A DNA stretch of 64,000 nt, from NCBI GenBank assembly GCA_043228905.1, contig JBHGNT010000005.1:1364001-1428000 (forward strand). The letters run 5' to 3'. Source of the DNA: Azolla caroliniana. Taxonomy: Eukaryota; Plantae; Polypodiophyta. The number at the start of each line of letters is the position of its first letter. Positions within the stretch are counted from its first letter, which is position 1. Both the position numbers and the translations under genes were made by a program. Shown piece by piece: positions 35,301 through 47,905 of this stretch. Under the pieces are notes generated by a model. It was not told where the DNA came from and did no database searches. It worked only from the letters and a program-made list of their open reading frames with translations.

Positions 35301-35445
35301 CTCTTTAGCTTAAGTTCTATTTTTATTTTTATTTACTTTCGATAAATGGGTAAATACCCCATTTTTGTTGTAAACCAATTGTCTCATGGGCCAATTTTGG
35401 TCTTAGAAGACATTAATATATCTTCCTCTCTCTCTTTTTCTTTTT
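32382..35445 (+). mobile_element. Decayed non-LTR retrotransposon, RTE/RTEX-like, 5' part missing
   Basis: End of the endonuclease (PIGADHSFLYF), PIHKGGD..DPNTYRTI, RT motifs GVKQGCPLSPTLF / LLYADD / YVYLG, and C-terminal ISSHQLEIENGR...EDEYH...KCP. Several frameshifts; ends at a short (CT)n. Confidence 0.8.
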
Positions 35446-35459
35446 CTTTTCGAAAATAA

Positions 35460-37540
35460 TGGCTTTCATTATGAAAGAAAAAACACCGCCATGACTAATT
35501 TACTACAAAGTATAGAACCCTTCTATCTAGGGATTTAAAGAATACTATGACACCAAACTCAATGCCACCCTACACACCAATTCAAATGGCGAATATGATG
35601 ATATGTGACCTTACAGAGTTCTCTCTCTTCCTAGTTGAGATTTCGTGACTTCTCTAGCACCGGCAATTGCCACAAAAGAAGTCCTTTTAACTTTAGAACA
35701 TATTTTCTCACCCCAACTTGCGAATAAAAAATGAAGGCATTGTGCATATTCCAATTGAACCATAGCCCCCAATACCTCAAGAACTCAAAAATAATGTGAA
35801 AATGAGGCATTGGTTTATTGTTCTCCATATGTGCAAAAACCCAACTAAAGGAAGTTACACTTACTCCTGTTAGAGACATCCACACTAAACTGATACAACT
35901 CCAAACCATCCTTGCCATCGGGCATGAAATAAATCGATGCCTACTATGTTCCAATTGCACAGAACAAAAGAAACACAATCCTTTAGTAATGTTTCCTTTT
36001 TTTAATGCATCCCCTAATGGTAAAGCTCTAAGAATAACTCTCCAAATAAATACATTGGCTCATAGCATCAATCGAGAACACCAACTTGCCTTGATCACAT
36101 GAAGCCACCAAGTAATGGGCTTATAAAAACCCCATATCTTTATAACCCTTTCTTCCAACCACTTATGTTTGTCAATCAACTCGTGATAAGCAACATTCAT
36201 TGAGATCATAGTTAATCTCTTATTTCTAACAAACCTTCAATCAAGCTCATACGAAGATAGTATTTGTTGCGACTTATACCAAATAAAGTTATAACCTTTT
36301 GGAATACGAAAGGTTGATCTTATTGTTCGAAAAGCCATTAATCTTCTTTGTGAAACCAACATAGCATCCTTAACTGTTACCAAACCCAATCTAGCCATCT
36401 GATTAAATTGAAGGTTAAGAATTTGTTTACCTTCCCACCTCAACAACCTTGATGTTGCCAAAACCTCCATTTGTAATGAATTGGCACATCCCCTTTCTTG
36501 TGGGGGATGCCATTCCCCAAAATCCAACATGCTTTGCCAAGATCTCAACAAATGATTAACTATCATAGACCCTACACATAGACCAAAAAATAAATCGATT
36601 GAAAGTAAATCGACGAGCCACCATATGCTCATATAGATTCAATAGGGATGCCCCACCAAGACGCTTCAGAGTACAAACATGATCCCATGGCAACCACGAC
36701 AAAGCACTTTTCCCTTTTCTTTTCCATAACAACATTCACATCGAGCGTAACATTTCAAGAGCTTTCTTTGACCATGGGAGCAAAGGAAGATAATAAGATA
36801 CCATAGAGACCATAATCGATTGGACCACCGTAAGTCGTACATGAAAAGGCCAAATTTGAGACCTCCAATATATGAACTTTTCCTCCAACCTTTTGGATAC
36901 CCCCACTCAATAAGTTTCACATGAGAAACTTCCACCCCAATTGGATATCCAAGGTGACGACAAATCATACCACGATGGACTATCCTTCCTGACCACCCCA
37001 ACCCTAACATATCTTGTTCTGTACATGAAATGAGGACAGATTTATGTATATTAATTCTCAACCCCAAAGCATTTGAAAACAATTCCCACACATCTCTTGT
37101 CTTACTAATATTTTCCCGATTAGCTGCCAAAAACATAATATGGTCATCTGCGAGAGCTTGAACAATACATGGCTTCCTTGATGGTAACCTTAGTCCAAGC
37201 AAGTCTTCCTCCATAGCCATATTGTGTAACTTAACAAGAATAGGATGTGTCACAATAGTGAATAGTAGTAAAGGACTTACCGGGCATCCTTGTCTAACTG
37301 ACCTCCGAATAGAAATCGGTTGTGTTACTGCTCCATTAAACATCACATGTGAAACCGAACTCTCCCCTAATGTGTATATCAACTTAGACATACGATCACC
37401 AAAACCCATATGAGACATCAATTGATTTATAAATGACCAATCCACATTATCATAGGCTTTCTCGATATCCAATTGTAGCAACACTAATTCTTGTTTAGAC
37501 TCCTTTGTATAGTCAATTGCCATGTGAAAGTTGCTAAGGA

Positions 37541-37545
<5 letters not shown>
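35460..37545 (-). mobile_element. 5'-truncated L1/Tx1-like LINE (RT to 3' UTR), frameshifted
   Basis: LDIEKAYDNVDW, VRQGCPVSPLL, LADD, HLGYPIG and a zinc finger CFFC...HRFISC..ARMVW. (CT)n lies on both sides (35445-35455, 37544-37580). Confidence 0.85.
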
Positions 37546-37582
<37 letters not shown>

Positions 37583-38747
37583 ACGTAAATTTATGCTTGT
37601 GTTAGAACTTAGAACAACATGACAATACATAAAACCCTTGCTATCTCAACTACTTTAAAAGCATTGAGGTTCATTTGGCAAAGGAATCCCTTTTTAAGGC
37701 ATTGTAATACTAAATGACATAAAGACAAATCCTATGGGGTACAAGGTTCCCTCAAAGCATCGCTAAGAAAACTATCTAATCAACTTTCCTTTTTAGCCTA
37801 AGTACTTGTTGTGGTACTCTACAAAGTCCATCAAACAATAACTCATACACCACATACCCCAATAATTAAATTTGTAAGGGTGGAGCTCTAACGCTATCAT
37901 CAAAAACGCATAAAAAAAAATGAAAAAGTAATCTTAGCTAGTGATGCCCAAATTTGTAGCATTAATAACCCAAATGGCCCTAGTAACTAGGCACGTAATC
38001 AACCTAGATTTGGCATCCAATTCTTTCTCCACATTCTGCCAACTCAAGCATTGTAATAACTTATAAGAATCAATGTGTATAACATTCATGGCATACTAAT
38101 TTTGTCAATTATATCACCTCACTCAGCCCACCATTAAATTTACATGTAAAATTGCACCTTATAGACCAACATAAAAGTGACATGATGTGTTCCTACATGA
38201 AAACCCATGTGCGACATTTATTGGGCAACAAGAACCAACCAACATTATCATACATCTTTTGTATTTCTAATTATACGCTTACACTTTCTTGTTTTGATTC
38301 CTTTCTATAATCCAGGATCATTTTCACATTCAAAATATTAGGAAGGATGTACCTTCCAGAATTACCCCATATTGCATTAAATGAACAAATAAAGACAACA
38401 TCTTTTGAAGTCAATTGCTACTAATTTGGCAAAAATCTTGTACAACTCATCCACTTATCATATCATACACAAGAGAGACAACTTTTGGTAGAAGCTTGAT
38501 TGGACCAAATTTTCATGAATCAAGCATTTTACTAGAACTCCGTATTTCTTGGAACAATATTGTAATAGAACCTTTAAGTTTTTCAACAAAATCCTTACAA
38601 AACTAATAATACATCCCAACTAGGGCTTTTATCATATGAAAGATGTGGCAAGAGACCACCTTGTCTTCCTTTATATATTCTTCCAAGGTAATGTTGTGAC
38701 ATGTTGCCTAATCCTGTCTGTGATTGATTAAAATATTGTCAATCATG

Positions 38748-39344
38748 GGGTGTACACATGGGGTTTTGTGAGATGGGGAAGATTGGCTAAGGAAATTCAA
38801 AACTATGAAAAGGAGTATGGTGAGTTCCTTCTCCTCTCCGATGGGAGACATGTATTGGAGATCTCGGATATTACATCAGTTCATTGTTTGGAAGAGGATA
38901 TGGTCTGGTCTACGATATCTTCTCTAGTCGTTTCGGTATTGTGGAAGGCTAGATGTAAATGTGTATTTCAGAAAGTTAAACAAAATGCGGTTGACTTAGT
39001 CAAAGAGGTATCGTTAATGCTCGTACACACTTTAAGAGGTCAATATGATGCAATAACTGGTGAGCCTGAGGTTGTGATTCGTAGACAACAACAGTTTCGA
39101 GAATTTTGGAAAAACGTTGAGGTTTTCATCTCTTTTGGAGAAAGAATAAAGTGGAGATATGCTCCACCAAGATGGCTTTTTCCACCCCCCATCTTGGAAC
39201 AACTTCCATGAGGGCTTGTGATACTTGACATTCTGGTTGATGTGGATATAACGGTTGTAATATATTGTATGAATTCGTTGTAGCCTTTCGGCATCTTTCC
39301 ATTAATACCAAGGTGAACCTTCTTTTAAAAATAAATAAATAAAT
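38748..39344 (+). mobile_element. 5'-truncated L1-type LINE 3' end with a 17-bp target-site duplication
   Basis: TSD AAATATTGTCAATCATG at 38731-38747 and 39345-39361, A-rich tail (aaat)n, TT/AAAA target context and the ORF2 C-terminal motif LWKARCKCVF. Confidence 0.85.
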
Positions 39345-41548
39345 AAATATTGTCAATCATGCTTGGTTCATCTCATCATTTAGGAAACACTCTTTACCTA
39401 AAAGAGCTTTGTGAAATGTTGAATACAATTACGACTAATTCCTTAGGGATTTGTACTCAAATTACAATCAACCTCTAGGAGGCACACAACCTGTGAAAAA
39501 AATATGTATTTGATCATTGTGGTCATATAATTCTTGCTTCATGCCCAACACACGAGATTGTTGCTAATTACAAACCTCAAGATCTTGCAAACTTGATTCG
39601 ATGTAACATGAATATCCAACAATAAATCATTGATTGGGAGTGAGACCAACAATACATTACAATGTCCTAATAAGGCTTGTATTAACCTCACCTTTTCGTT
39701 TGCATATTGATGTTGGAGAAATCACATAATAATGGGTGAAGTGTTAAATATTAGAGAAACAAACGTCCCATGAAGAAACAAGACGAACATCAAGTTGTCT
39801 TCTAAACTCCCCCGCCATACATATGGAAAATAATCATGACCAAGAAAGGAAACATTAAATCTAAGTGGTTGTCTTGCCAATAAAGATCGAAACCTATCCA
39901 TTATTTGATGTATGCATCCCATGACAAGGGGGAAATGATGAGATAATTAATCCCCATATTCACTTGCATTGTCAATGCTTCTAACAAAAATGTCTCCATT
40001 TGATTCCGTATTTGTCCTTATTGCACTAATTGAAACGTATAGCCAAATTTGGTTCCATAAATCAAACTCCACGCATCACACCTTAAGACATCTGCAACAA
40101 AAAAATCCCAAACCTCACTTGGTGGAGCATCCTTTAAACTATCCATTGAGGTAGTTTGGAGCATATTAGAACACATATTAAAACCTTGTTAACAAAAAAT
40201 TTAGATTTCGAAGATGGAGAACTTGATTTATAAAGCATCAAAGTTCAATATGTTGAACGACATTTTTTGTGCATAATACAAACAACCCATACTTGTGAGG
40301 TTCCCAAGTATGTTAATTGTCAAAGGAACCGAACTTTCAATTACCTAATATGTCGTTGCACCTCAAATTGTGCCTCAAATTAGGCTTTACACAATCACCA
40401 ACATGGCATAATCCCCAATACCTAAAGAACTAATAAAATATTCAAAATGTGACCAATTGAAAGGAAAACCCAAGTCTATTTATCGAAAGACCAATTGGAA
40501 TGGGGTTTTGGAATCCTATTAGAATTGAACACCAACAAAGTAATAAAGTGAAGCATATTGAGTTCTAGTGACTATAAGCCAAGAAACACGTTCTACCAAG
40601 GACATCAATAATACCAACACATGCTCTACCATATATTGCCACCAAATTCTAGACTTGATAATTCTCCACTCTCTCATAACCAACCCTACTCGCCATCTAA
40701 TCATGCTAGTAAAATAACCTATGATCAATACCTTTTGTTTTTACTTAGAGAAGACACCTATTTCATACAATGGTCAAATCAACCTTATGTGAAGGCTCAA
40801 AGATATTTGTATTTTAGAATCTCTCACGTTCAATCAACAATATACGCTTTTAGGGAATGACCAATCACTAGATTCTCTCACACTCAATTAAAAAAAATTA
40901 CTTGCAAGCATTACCAACCGCTAGATTTATACTTACTTTTAGGGAATGCTTACATGATTCTAAAATGTGTACATAACAATGGGTACCCCGCATTGGTAAA
41001 TAATTTATACTATTATTTTCTTTCATCTTCAAGTAACACAAAGACAAACAACTTCCTTAAAAGAGATGCTCTCTTCCTTATAAGAAACAACTTATTATCT
41101 AGATTCCACACCACCCAACCAATCAATCATCCCCTAACTAAGTGAATTTCATTTGGTTTTTGTGGATGATATATCAAGGAGCATGCTCCATATTCTATGT
41201 GGATGTTTGACCCTATGTCTAACTTAATTTTTACCGTTAGCTATGAAGAAAATCGTATTCCCTTATTAATCCTATCTTTAAAATCAATGCCCAAAGTTTC
41301 CATTAGAAATGCTAAAATTTCGAAGGTTATTTCTCGTTGATCACACTATCCGTATTTGGTGGAGGTTATTTCTCTTGATTGACTTATATATGCTTCACAT
41401 CTCATTTCTATTTATTGGTCATTTGGAAAGTGTGTCTTCATATTTTGTTTTATATTTCATTCTTCCATGATGCATGTATTTTCATTGTGTTTTCTTGTGT
41501 TTCTGTACGTGTGGCTATAAGTAGTGAAGGAACGGTGAGATGGAATAA

Positions 41549-41556
41549 GAACAACA

Positions 41557-41611
<55 letters not shown>
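41549..41611. repeat. (GT)n microsatellite
   Basis: Seen directly. Confidence 0.95.
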
Positions 41612-41612
<1 letters not shown>

Positions 41613-42328
41613 ACGCGGGCGTGTATATTTGTAAAATGAGAAAGGGAAGTTACCAACTTACCAATGATGGTAGAAGTGTTGTGACACGGAATTTGAGATA
41701 GAAGCAAGGCTTGTCTAGCCAATACATGTGAAGATAAGGCTAGTACGTCATGTCGGCGCTAGTAAATCATGAATATGTGAGATCAAAGTGGTTCAAGTTG
41801 ACATAATAGTCATTCGTGTGGCTATTGTGATCCTTTGGGTAGACTAACTGTGTAACACATATAAATATAGTGCCGACATTCAGACATCATGCACAATGCA
41901 CATATTGGAACCTACAACATCAATCCAAGAGGGGGTAATAACACACCGCTTCCTTTCTTAGAGGAGACAAATATCTACAACCACCTTAACAATGTTTGGG
42001 AATATTTTGCCTATCTCATGCAATTTGTAGGTTTATCAATATAGAAAATAAATGATATAATGTCCCTAGTTAATCAATCCTACATTCTAATTGCATAATA
42101 ATCAGGTTCACCCACATTCTCTTGGGTTGTTGTACAGTTTATGGAGAATATATAGGATCTTGCCGATTTTATGTTCTATACTTTGTTTGCTTACGACTTA
42201 GTTATCGTGTTGGGGACTTCATAAGGAGTTCCAGGGAAGAAATTACGAAAGAGGTTATGATGGGTGATGATAGTCAAACCACCCCCGATACCAAATTCCA
42301 AGAGATTCATCACCCAAACAAACTGATT

Positions 42329-43388
42329 TGTAGTGTCGGTGTTTACAAGGGATGAAGATTAATAGGACTTCCCAAAAGTCTAAGGAACTCTTGGCTAAAT
42401 TTGTTACCCGAAGGCCCAAGAGTCTTGAGGGCCCGAAGGATCGCTCGGGCATTGCTTCAATCGAAGGTTCGGGTGATGTACTAACCGCAGCTTCGGGTGA
42501 ACCGAACCAAACCCCTCTCTGAGAAAGAAGAAGGAAGGAAGCGTTCGATCGTTCGATCGCGCGCTCTTCTTCTGCAGAGAAGGGGTGGAAAGGCGAACGA
42601 AAGGAGCAGCCAACCAACTGATCCCCTCCCTCCGACCGACCCTGACACAGCAGAAGCAATCACGTGACTGATCGCGCTCTCCTCTGCAGAGAAGAAGAGA
42701 AAAGGATGACCAAGGAATCCGAGCCCCGCCATCGACTCCGAGCCTAGCTAGGCTCGGGTTCCCAACCCTAGGTTTCACACTACACATATACATACACAAT
42801 TACTCGGTCATAAATTGTCCTACACGTATAATCCAAACACTTACATATATGTTCACTAACGCACTTAGACAATCACATGTATACAGTCATTTGTATATAC
42901 CTATGCATACAGTCACCTAAAACCACAAAAACACACTTACACAACAACACATGAGTTGAGTGTGCACACTCCCTTATTATTGTACAAGCACCTGCTTATA
43001 GCTACTAAGATAATACACATCTATGTACATATTCGAGTGTACATGCTCTTCGAACAAGGTTGCATTACTCATTGAAGGGATTCTCTTGAACATTGATTTA
43101 GCCCACCAACTAGTATATCTGCACTAGTCAAGAAGGGAAGGTTTGATTGTATCATAACAAAGTTCAAATCCATCTTCCTTGGTTCGGGTGTTCGGGTCCC
43201 TGGTGGTGTTGCTCAATTTCACATGCTCGGCAATTATAGTTGGGTTTTGCCGATAAAAGTCGCGACCTCGGGTTGATATGCACTAGGGCCAAGGAGTGTA
43301 GAGGGGGTTTCTCAATCAAATTCCTTTGCCTTTGAGCGCAACGGTGCCTCGCCCAACCTAATTAATTCCTCCAACTATCTCTACTACA
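42329..43388. mobile_element. Candidate solo LTR (~1.06 kb)
   Basis: Termini TGTAGT...ACTACA with a CpG/GC-rich core at 42400-42780 and no coding signal. The flanking 5-mers tgatt / agaat match only 3/5. Confidence 0.35.
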
Positions 43389-44734
43389 AGAATTTGTGTA
43401 TATCAATCAAAAATCTTGTTGCGCCAGTGGTTCTTGGTGATGATAAGAAAAGCGCAAAGGTGATGAGGGGTAGGGGAATGAAACAAACAAGATAAAAAAA
43501 ACAATCTTCATTACAAATTATTGTGATCGTGGTGTTAATTTTGTCACTTTAAAGCAACACAAACATCATTTACGCAATGGAATAGACATAACGTATTGAA
43601 AAGGTATAATATTACACATCTCGTACCAAGGCACCAATTGCTTCACATTTCTGAAGTGAAGTAAAACCCCATTTTGTTATCGTTGATTCAAGGAATTTGC
43701 TTTCCATTAGAGAACTAGTGAATGGGTTATTGTCTTTTCTCATTTAACAAAAAATAACTAAGCAATCAATATTCAAGCTTGCACGTTCACTTTATTTCAT
43801 GTGACAAATCTCAATCTTCGATTATTTCCATAGGTCGACCCTCTTTTCCTTTTTACGACACAAAGGGCCAACAATATCAAACATAGGTTGACACCTTAAA
43901 AAAATCATTTGCAAAGGCACAATAATAATGCATCTTAAATCAATGTTTTTTCTATTCGTATGTTTTACTTTTCTCAAATGTACATCATGTGCCTTATACC
44001 TAGTTAATCAACCATTTAAAAATTGTGTAAGAGAGAATCTATGAACATACTTATTGTCTAGTTTATATCGTTTGAATTTACTAAACAAAAAGATTTATAT
44101 CGGATTAAGATGTAAACATTATCATCAACCTTTTTGGATTCATTTGCATGTACTTATGTCTCTACGATAAAGCCAAAAAGAAAAAAACATTTGATGCTCT
44201 TAAATACATTTCTTTTGTCAGCTTATGGAGTTTAAATTGTTGAGAGGCTGAAAAAGAAGATAAACTATAACCAGCTCGTGATTTCATCCAAGGTTTATGA
44301 TCCTAAGGCTAGGTAGTTTGGACTGATGTTAAATGTTTGAAGAGCAACCTCTTTCAATGAAACATGCAAATTCATTCGCAACATGAGTTGAATGCATCTC
44401 CAATATATATTATCTATGTGTGGTATACAAAGTCATATAGGATGAAAAGATGACAATGCTAGTCATTAAAAGATTAGACACAATAACCACACACATAAGT
44501 TCTTGTGTATGAGAATCAAAACCTTCTAATAATTTTCATGGCATACAAATAAAATATGTCAATTATTGATTGTCATAAATTAAAAAAGTGTTTGAGAAAT
44601 TGCATAAATAAAGTTACGATGATTTGGAAGCTTGCAACTAGAGATTAATGACTTTTACCTCCTAACTTCCTTAAAAACAAAGTTGGTCCGAGTTTTTTCA
44701 TAAGTATTCGGATGTACTATGACAAGTACTACAG

Positions 44735-44778
<44 letters not shown>

Positions 44779-47700
44779 AGAAGTGGCATTTTTGTTTTTC
44801 AAAAACAAAAAGAGGTCACTCATTCCCTCCCATTTTCAATATATTTCATAAGTCACTTTAAACTATTGTGAAGTAAATGAATCCTTTTGTAAATAAATAA
44901 TAAATCACTATCACAATCCATATTAGTTTAAAGTAGAGTTACCCCATCTAACCCTAAGGTTTGCAAGTGGGATTGGGCTCTCAAAATACCACGATAATTT
45001 ATTTTGACACATCACCTTATCAAGGTTTGACTTGAAGACCTTATGACCATTATCTCAACATTAGGCCCACTTCAATCATAGCAAGACGAGGGCCACCTTA
45101 GGCACTTTGGCAGTGCCATCATTGTTACCTTTGGTCCCATACTTAAAGACCTTTTATGTTCACATCAAGTTTGTGATTTTACTTTGTATCAACTATCAAA
45201 AGAGAATGAGTGAACAATAACGCAATACCTTGTTGTCTATTTGGTAGTCCAGTTTTGTACATAGGAACAATATAAAATTTGGGATATAGATAAATATAAA
45301 TCTAACATTTTGTCATTCAAGAAGATGTTAAGTCTTGAATATCAATGAAGCATAATTATTAAGACCTCATTTCCTACCATAGAACACAAATGTTTTTTTT
45401 ATTGTTGAACTATCTTGTTAGTACATAATAATGCATCAACATAAGTGTTTGTTACAATTCTAGCAACTTAGAAAACCCAAATAACGTGCAATTACTTTAA
45501 TTAATCAAGGTTTAGATCTTGGTTAGTTGATACCTTGATAGTTTGCACTAGAATATTAATAGATGTCACCCAATAATATGATTGAACCAAAGTTATAGGC
45601 TCAACACCCCTGGCCAAATCACATGTATAAACATTTATGCTCACGTAAGTTCTTCAAGTTGTCAAGGGGAAATTTCCCCTATATAACACCTACGTAAATC
45701 CCTCCTCTATGGTGGTTAGATAGATAGATATTTTGCACATCCATATAGAGGCCAATATTGACCCATTGGACCTAAATACAAAAGTTTCCTTCATGTGCGT
45801 CTCCTTCCTAAGAAGGGATATTCATGGTTGAGGGGGATCCTAAACTCCATCTTTTTCTTAGGTCATGAATTGATGATCCTTATTGATCATAGACCAATGT
45901 ATGGCTTGTTGGCTACATATCCAGATTCTACAAGATGAGTCTGCCCCTTATGAGCATCAAGTTGCATTTGCAAAACAACAAGTTGTTATACCAGATGGTT
46001 GGATTTCCTCTACATCAACAAAAACGTTTTTCTTTTCTACTGCCAACTCGCAAATTTGTGCTTGAGGGCCATAGTAATCACCAACCAATATTTTGAATGG
46101 ATTTCAGAGAGAGGAATGTTTCACCATATGTAAAGGTGACATTCGATAGCTATATCTTTACTATGTGAACTCAATCTAAGGATCCCCTAAAGATTTAAAC
46201 ACGACTCAATTACTTGCTTGAATAAAGGCATCCTTCTTTTATTTAAAGTTACAAAACTTGGAATGGCGAGTAACATTTGTTGTCTATTTTACCCAAAGTT
46301 GAAGAGGGTGGTGTTTTGGTACATGTATGAATTGATGAAAATGGAAAAAGAATAACATAGTGTTATGAGTGTATACATAATGACATCATAATGGATATCT
46401 ATTAAGATGCTAGGGTCATGAGCTTGATTGTACTTACTACTAACACATCCTAGATCTACATTTAGTCCATAAACTAGTTAGGTTGTGCTAATCAAATGAC
46501 CATTCATTCGATGGCTATCGGCCATTATTTGGCCAACACATGCTCTACTAGGTATGATTACCCAAAACTCGTGAAGGCACACACCTTTATGCTTATATAT
46601 TTATTGCCAAAGAAGTTGCTTAGGGAACCATATTAAAGAGCTATAAGTTGGGACGCAATCAATCAAAAAATGGACATCCATGATCATAATAGGGGGGAAC
46701 AAGTGCTATGGTACTTGTCAACCTTGGGTCTACGAGCAAGAAAGAAATATTGTGGTTGACCATCAAATATCACAAGAAGGTCGAGGGACATATCGAACCA
46801 ATAAGCTTTGTAGTCTACTCCCGAGGCATAGGTAATCGAGATGCGGTTGACATAATTGTTGTTCTAGAACGAATGAATGCAACAAGTCTTTGGGGCTCTA
46901 GTGCATAAATCAACCCATAGGTGATTGCTACCCATAGAGAGGTAGTGATTGGTGTAGTACCAATAAAGCAACCCTTAGGTAATGGCGAGACCATGGTTTT
47001 ATGAAAGAAGACAATGGTCGGCAAGATGGGCATGACAGAGCGAGTGAGGCAGACACACCACTTACGAATAGCCATGTCCAGAGTGTCCCCATAGGCATGT
47101 CCAGAGTGTCGGACAAAGGATGATATATGAGTGAGCTTTTAACCATGAAGAGGAGAGGAGTGTATGTGTGTGTGATTCATGGATTGGATGGATGGATGAA
47201 TGGGGCTTTGAAGTAAAGGTATTCATTCATTCACTCAACAATTAATTACCTATGTACATACATACTTTTTAAAAGACACATACACAAACAAAACACAGAA
47301 GAAGAAGAAGAAGAGGAGAGAGGTGAAGAAGAAAGAAGTGAAAGTGTTTCTGTGCCCTGTCCTGTGCCTTCCAATCTCTCTCTCTCTCTCTCTCTCTCTC
47401 TATTATTTTTCTTATTCCTTTTTTCCTTCAGTCGATTTCGCCACATTTTTCTCTGAGCGGTCGATCAGTTCTTCCTCCTTCCCTTGCTTCTAAATTTGGT
47501 CTGCATTCGCTCGCGAGGCTTTTTTAGCACAAAAGGGGAAATCAGTACTCTCTGCTTCTTCTCCTTCTCACAAGGCTAAAGGTATTTTACATCCCTCTCA
47601 TGGTTACGGCGTTTCTCTTCAGATTCCTTCATTTCGTCTTAAAATCCACCTAGATCCTGCGGTCGTATGATAAAAAAAAAGAAAGTTTCCACTTCTATCA

Positions 47701-47905
47701 CTTCCTTCCCCCATCCCTCTCTGTTTTGTTGATTCAGGTCCGAATCCCAATCTGACCTGATCTGATCTCATTCAATTTCCGCAGCTCTGCCCTTATTATT
47801 ATTATTCTTTGTTGTTATTGTTTATTCATCATCGAAGAAATGTCCTATTTTGGGCATGGATAGAAGAAGAGAAAGAAGAGAGACCATTACTAAGGGGAGA
47901 AAGAT

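Noticed and set aside
37600-41300. Coding-like AT-rich stretches (also 45500-46900, 53300-56300, 61600-63300)
   Set aside because: Probably old TE debris, but I could not read diagnostic motifs well enough to classify them.
41379-41722. ORFs with CVCVCV or HTHTHT runs (also 2868-3278, 16272-16784)
   Set aside because: Translations of microsatellites.
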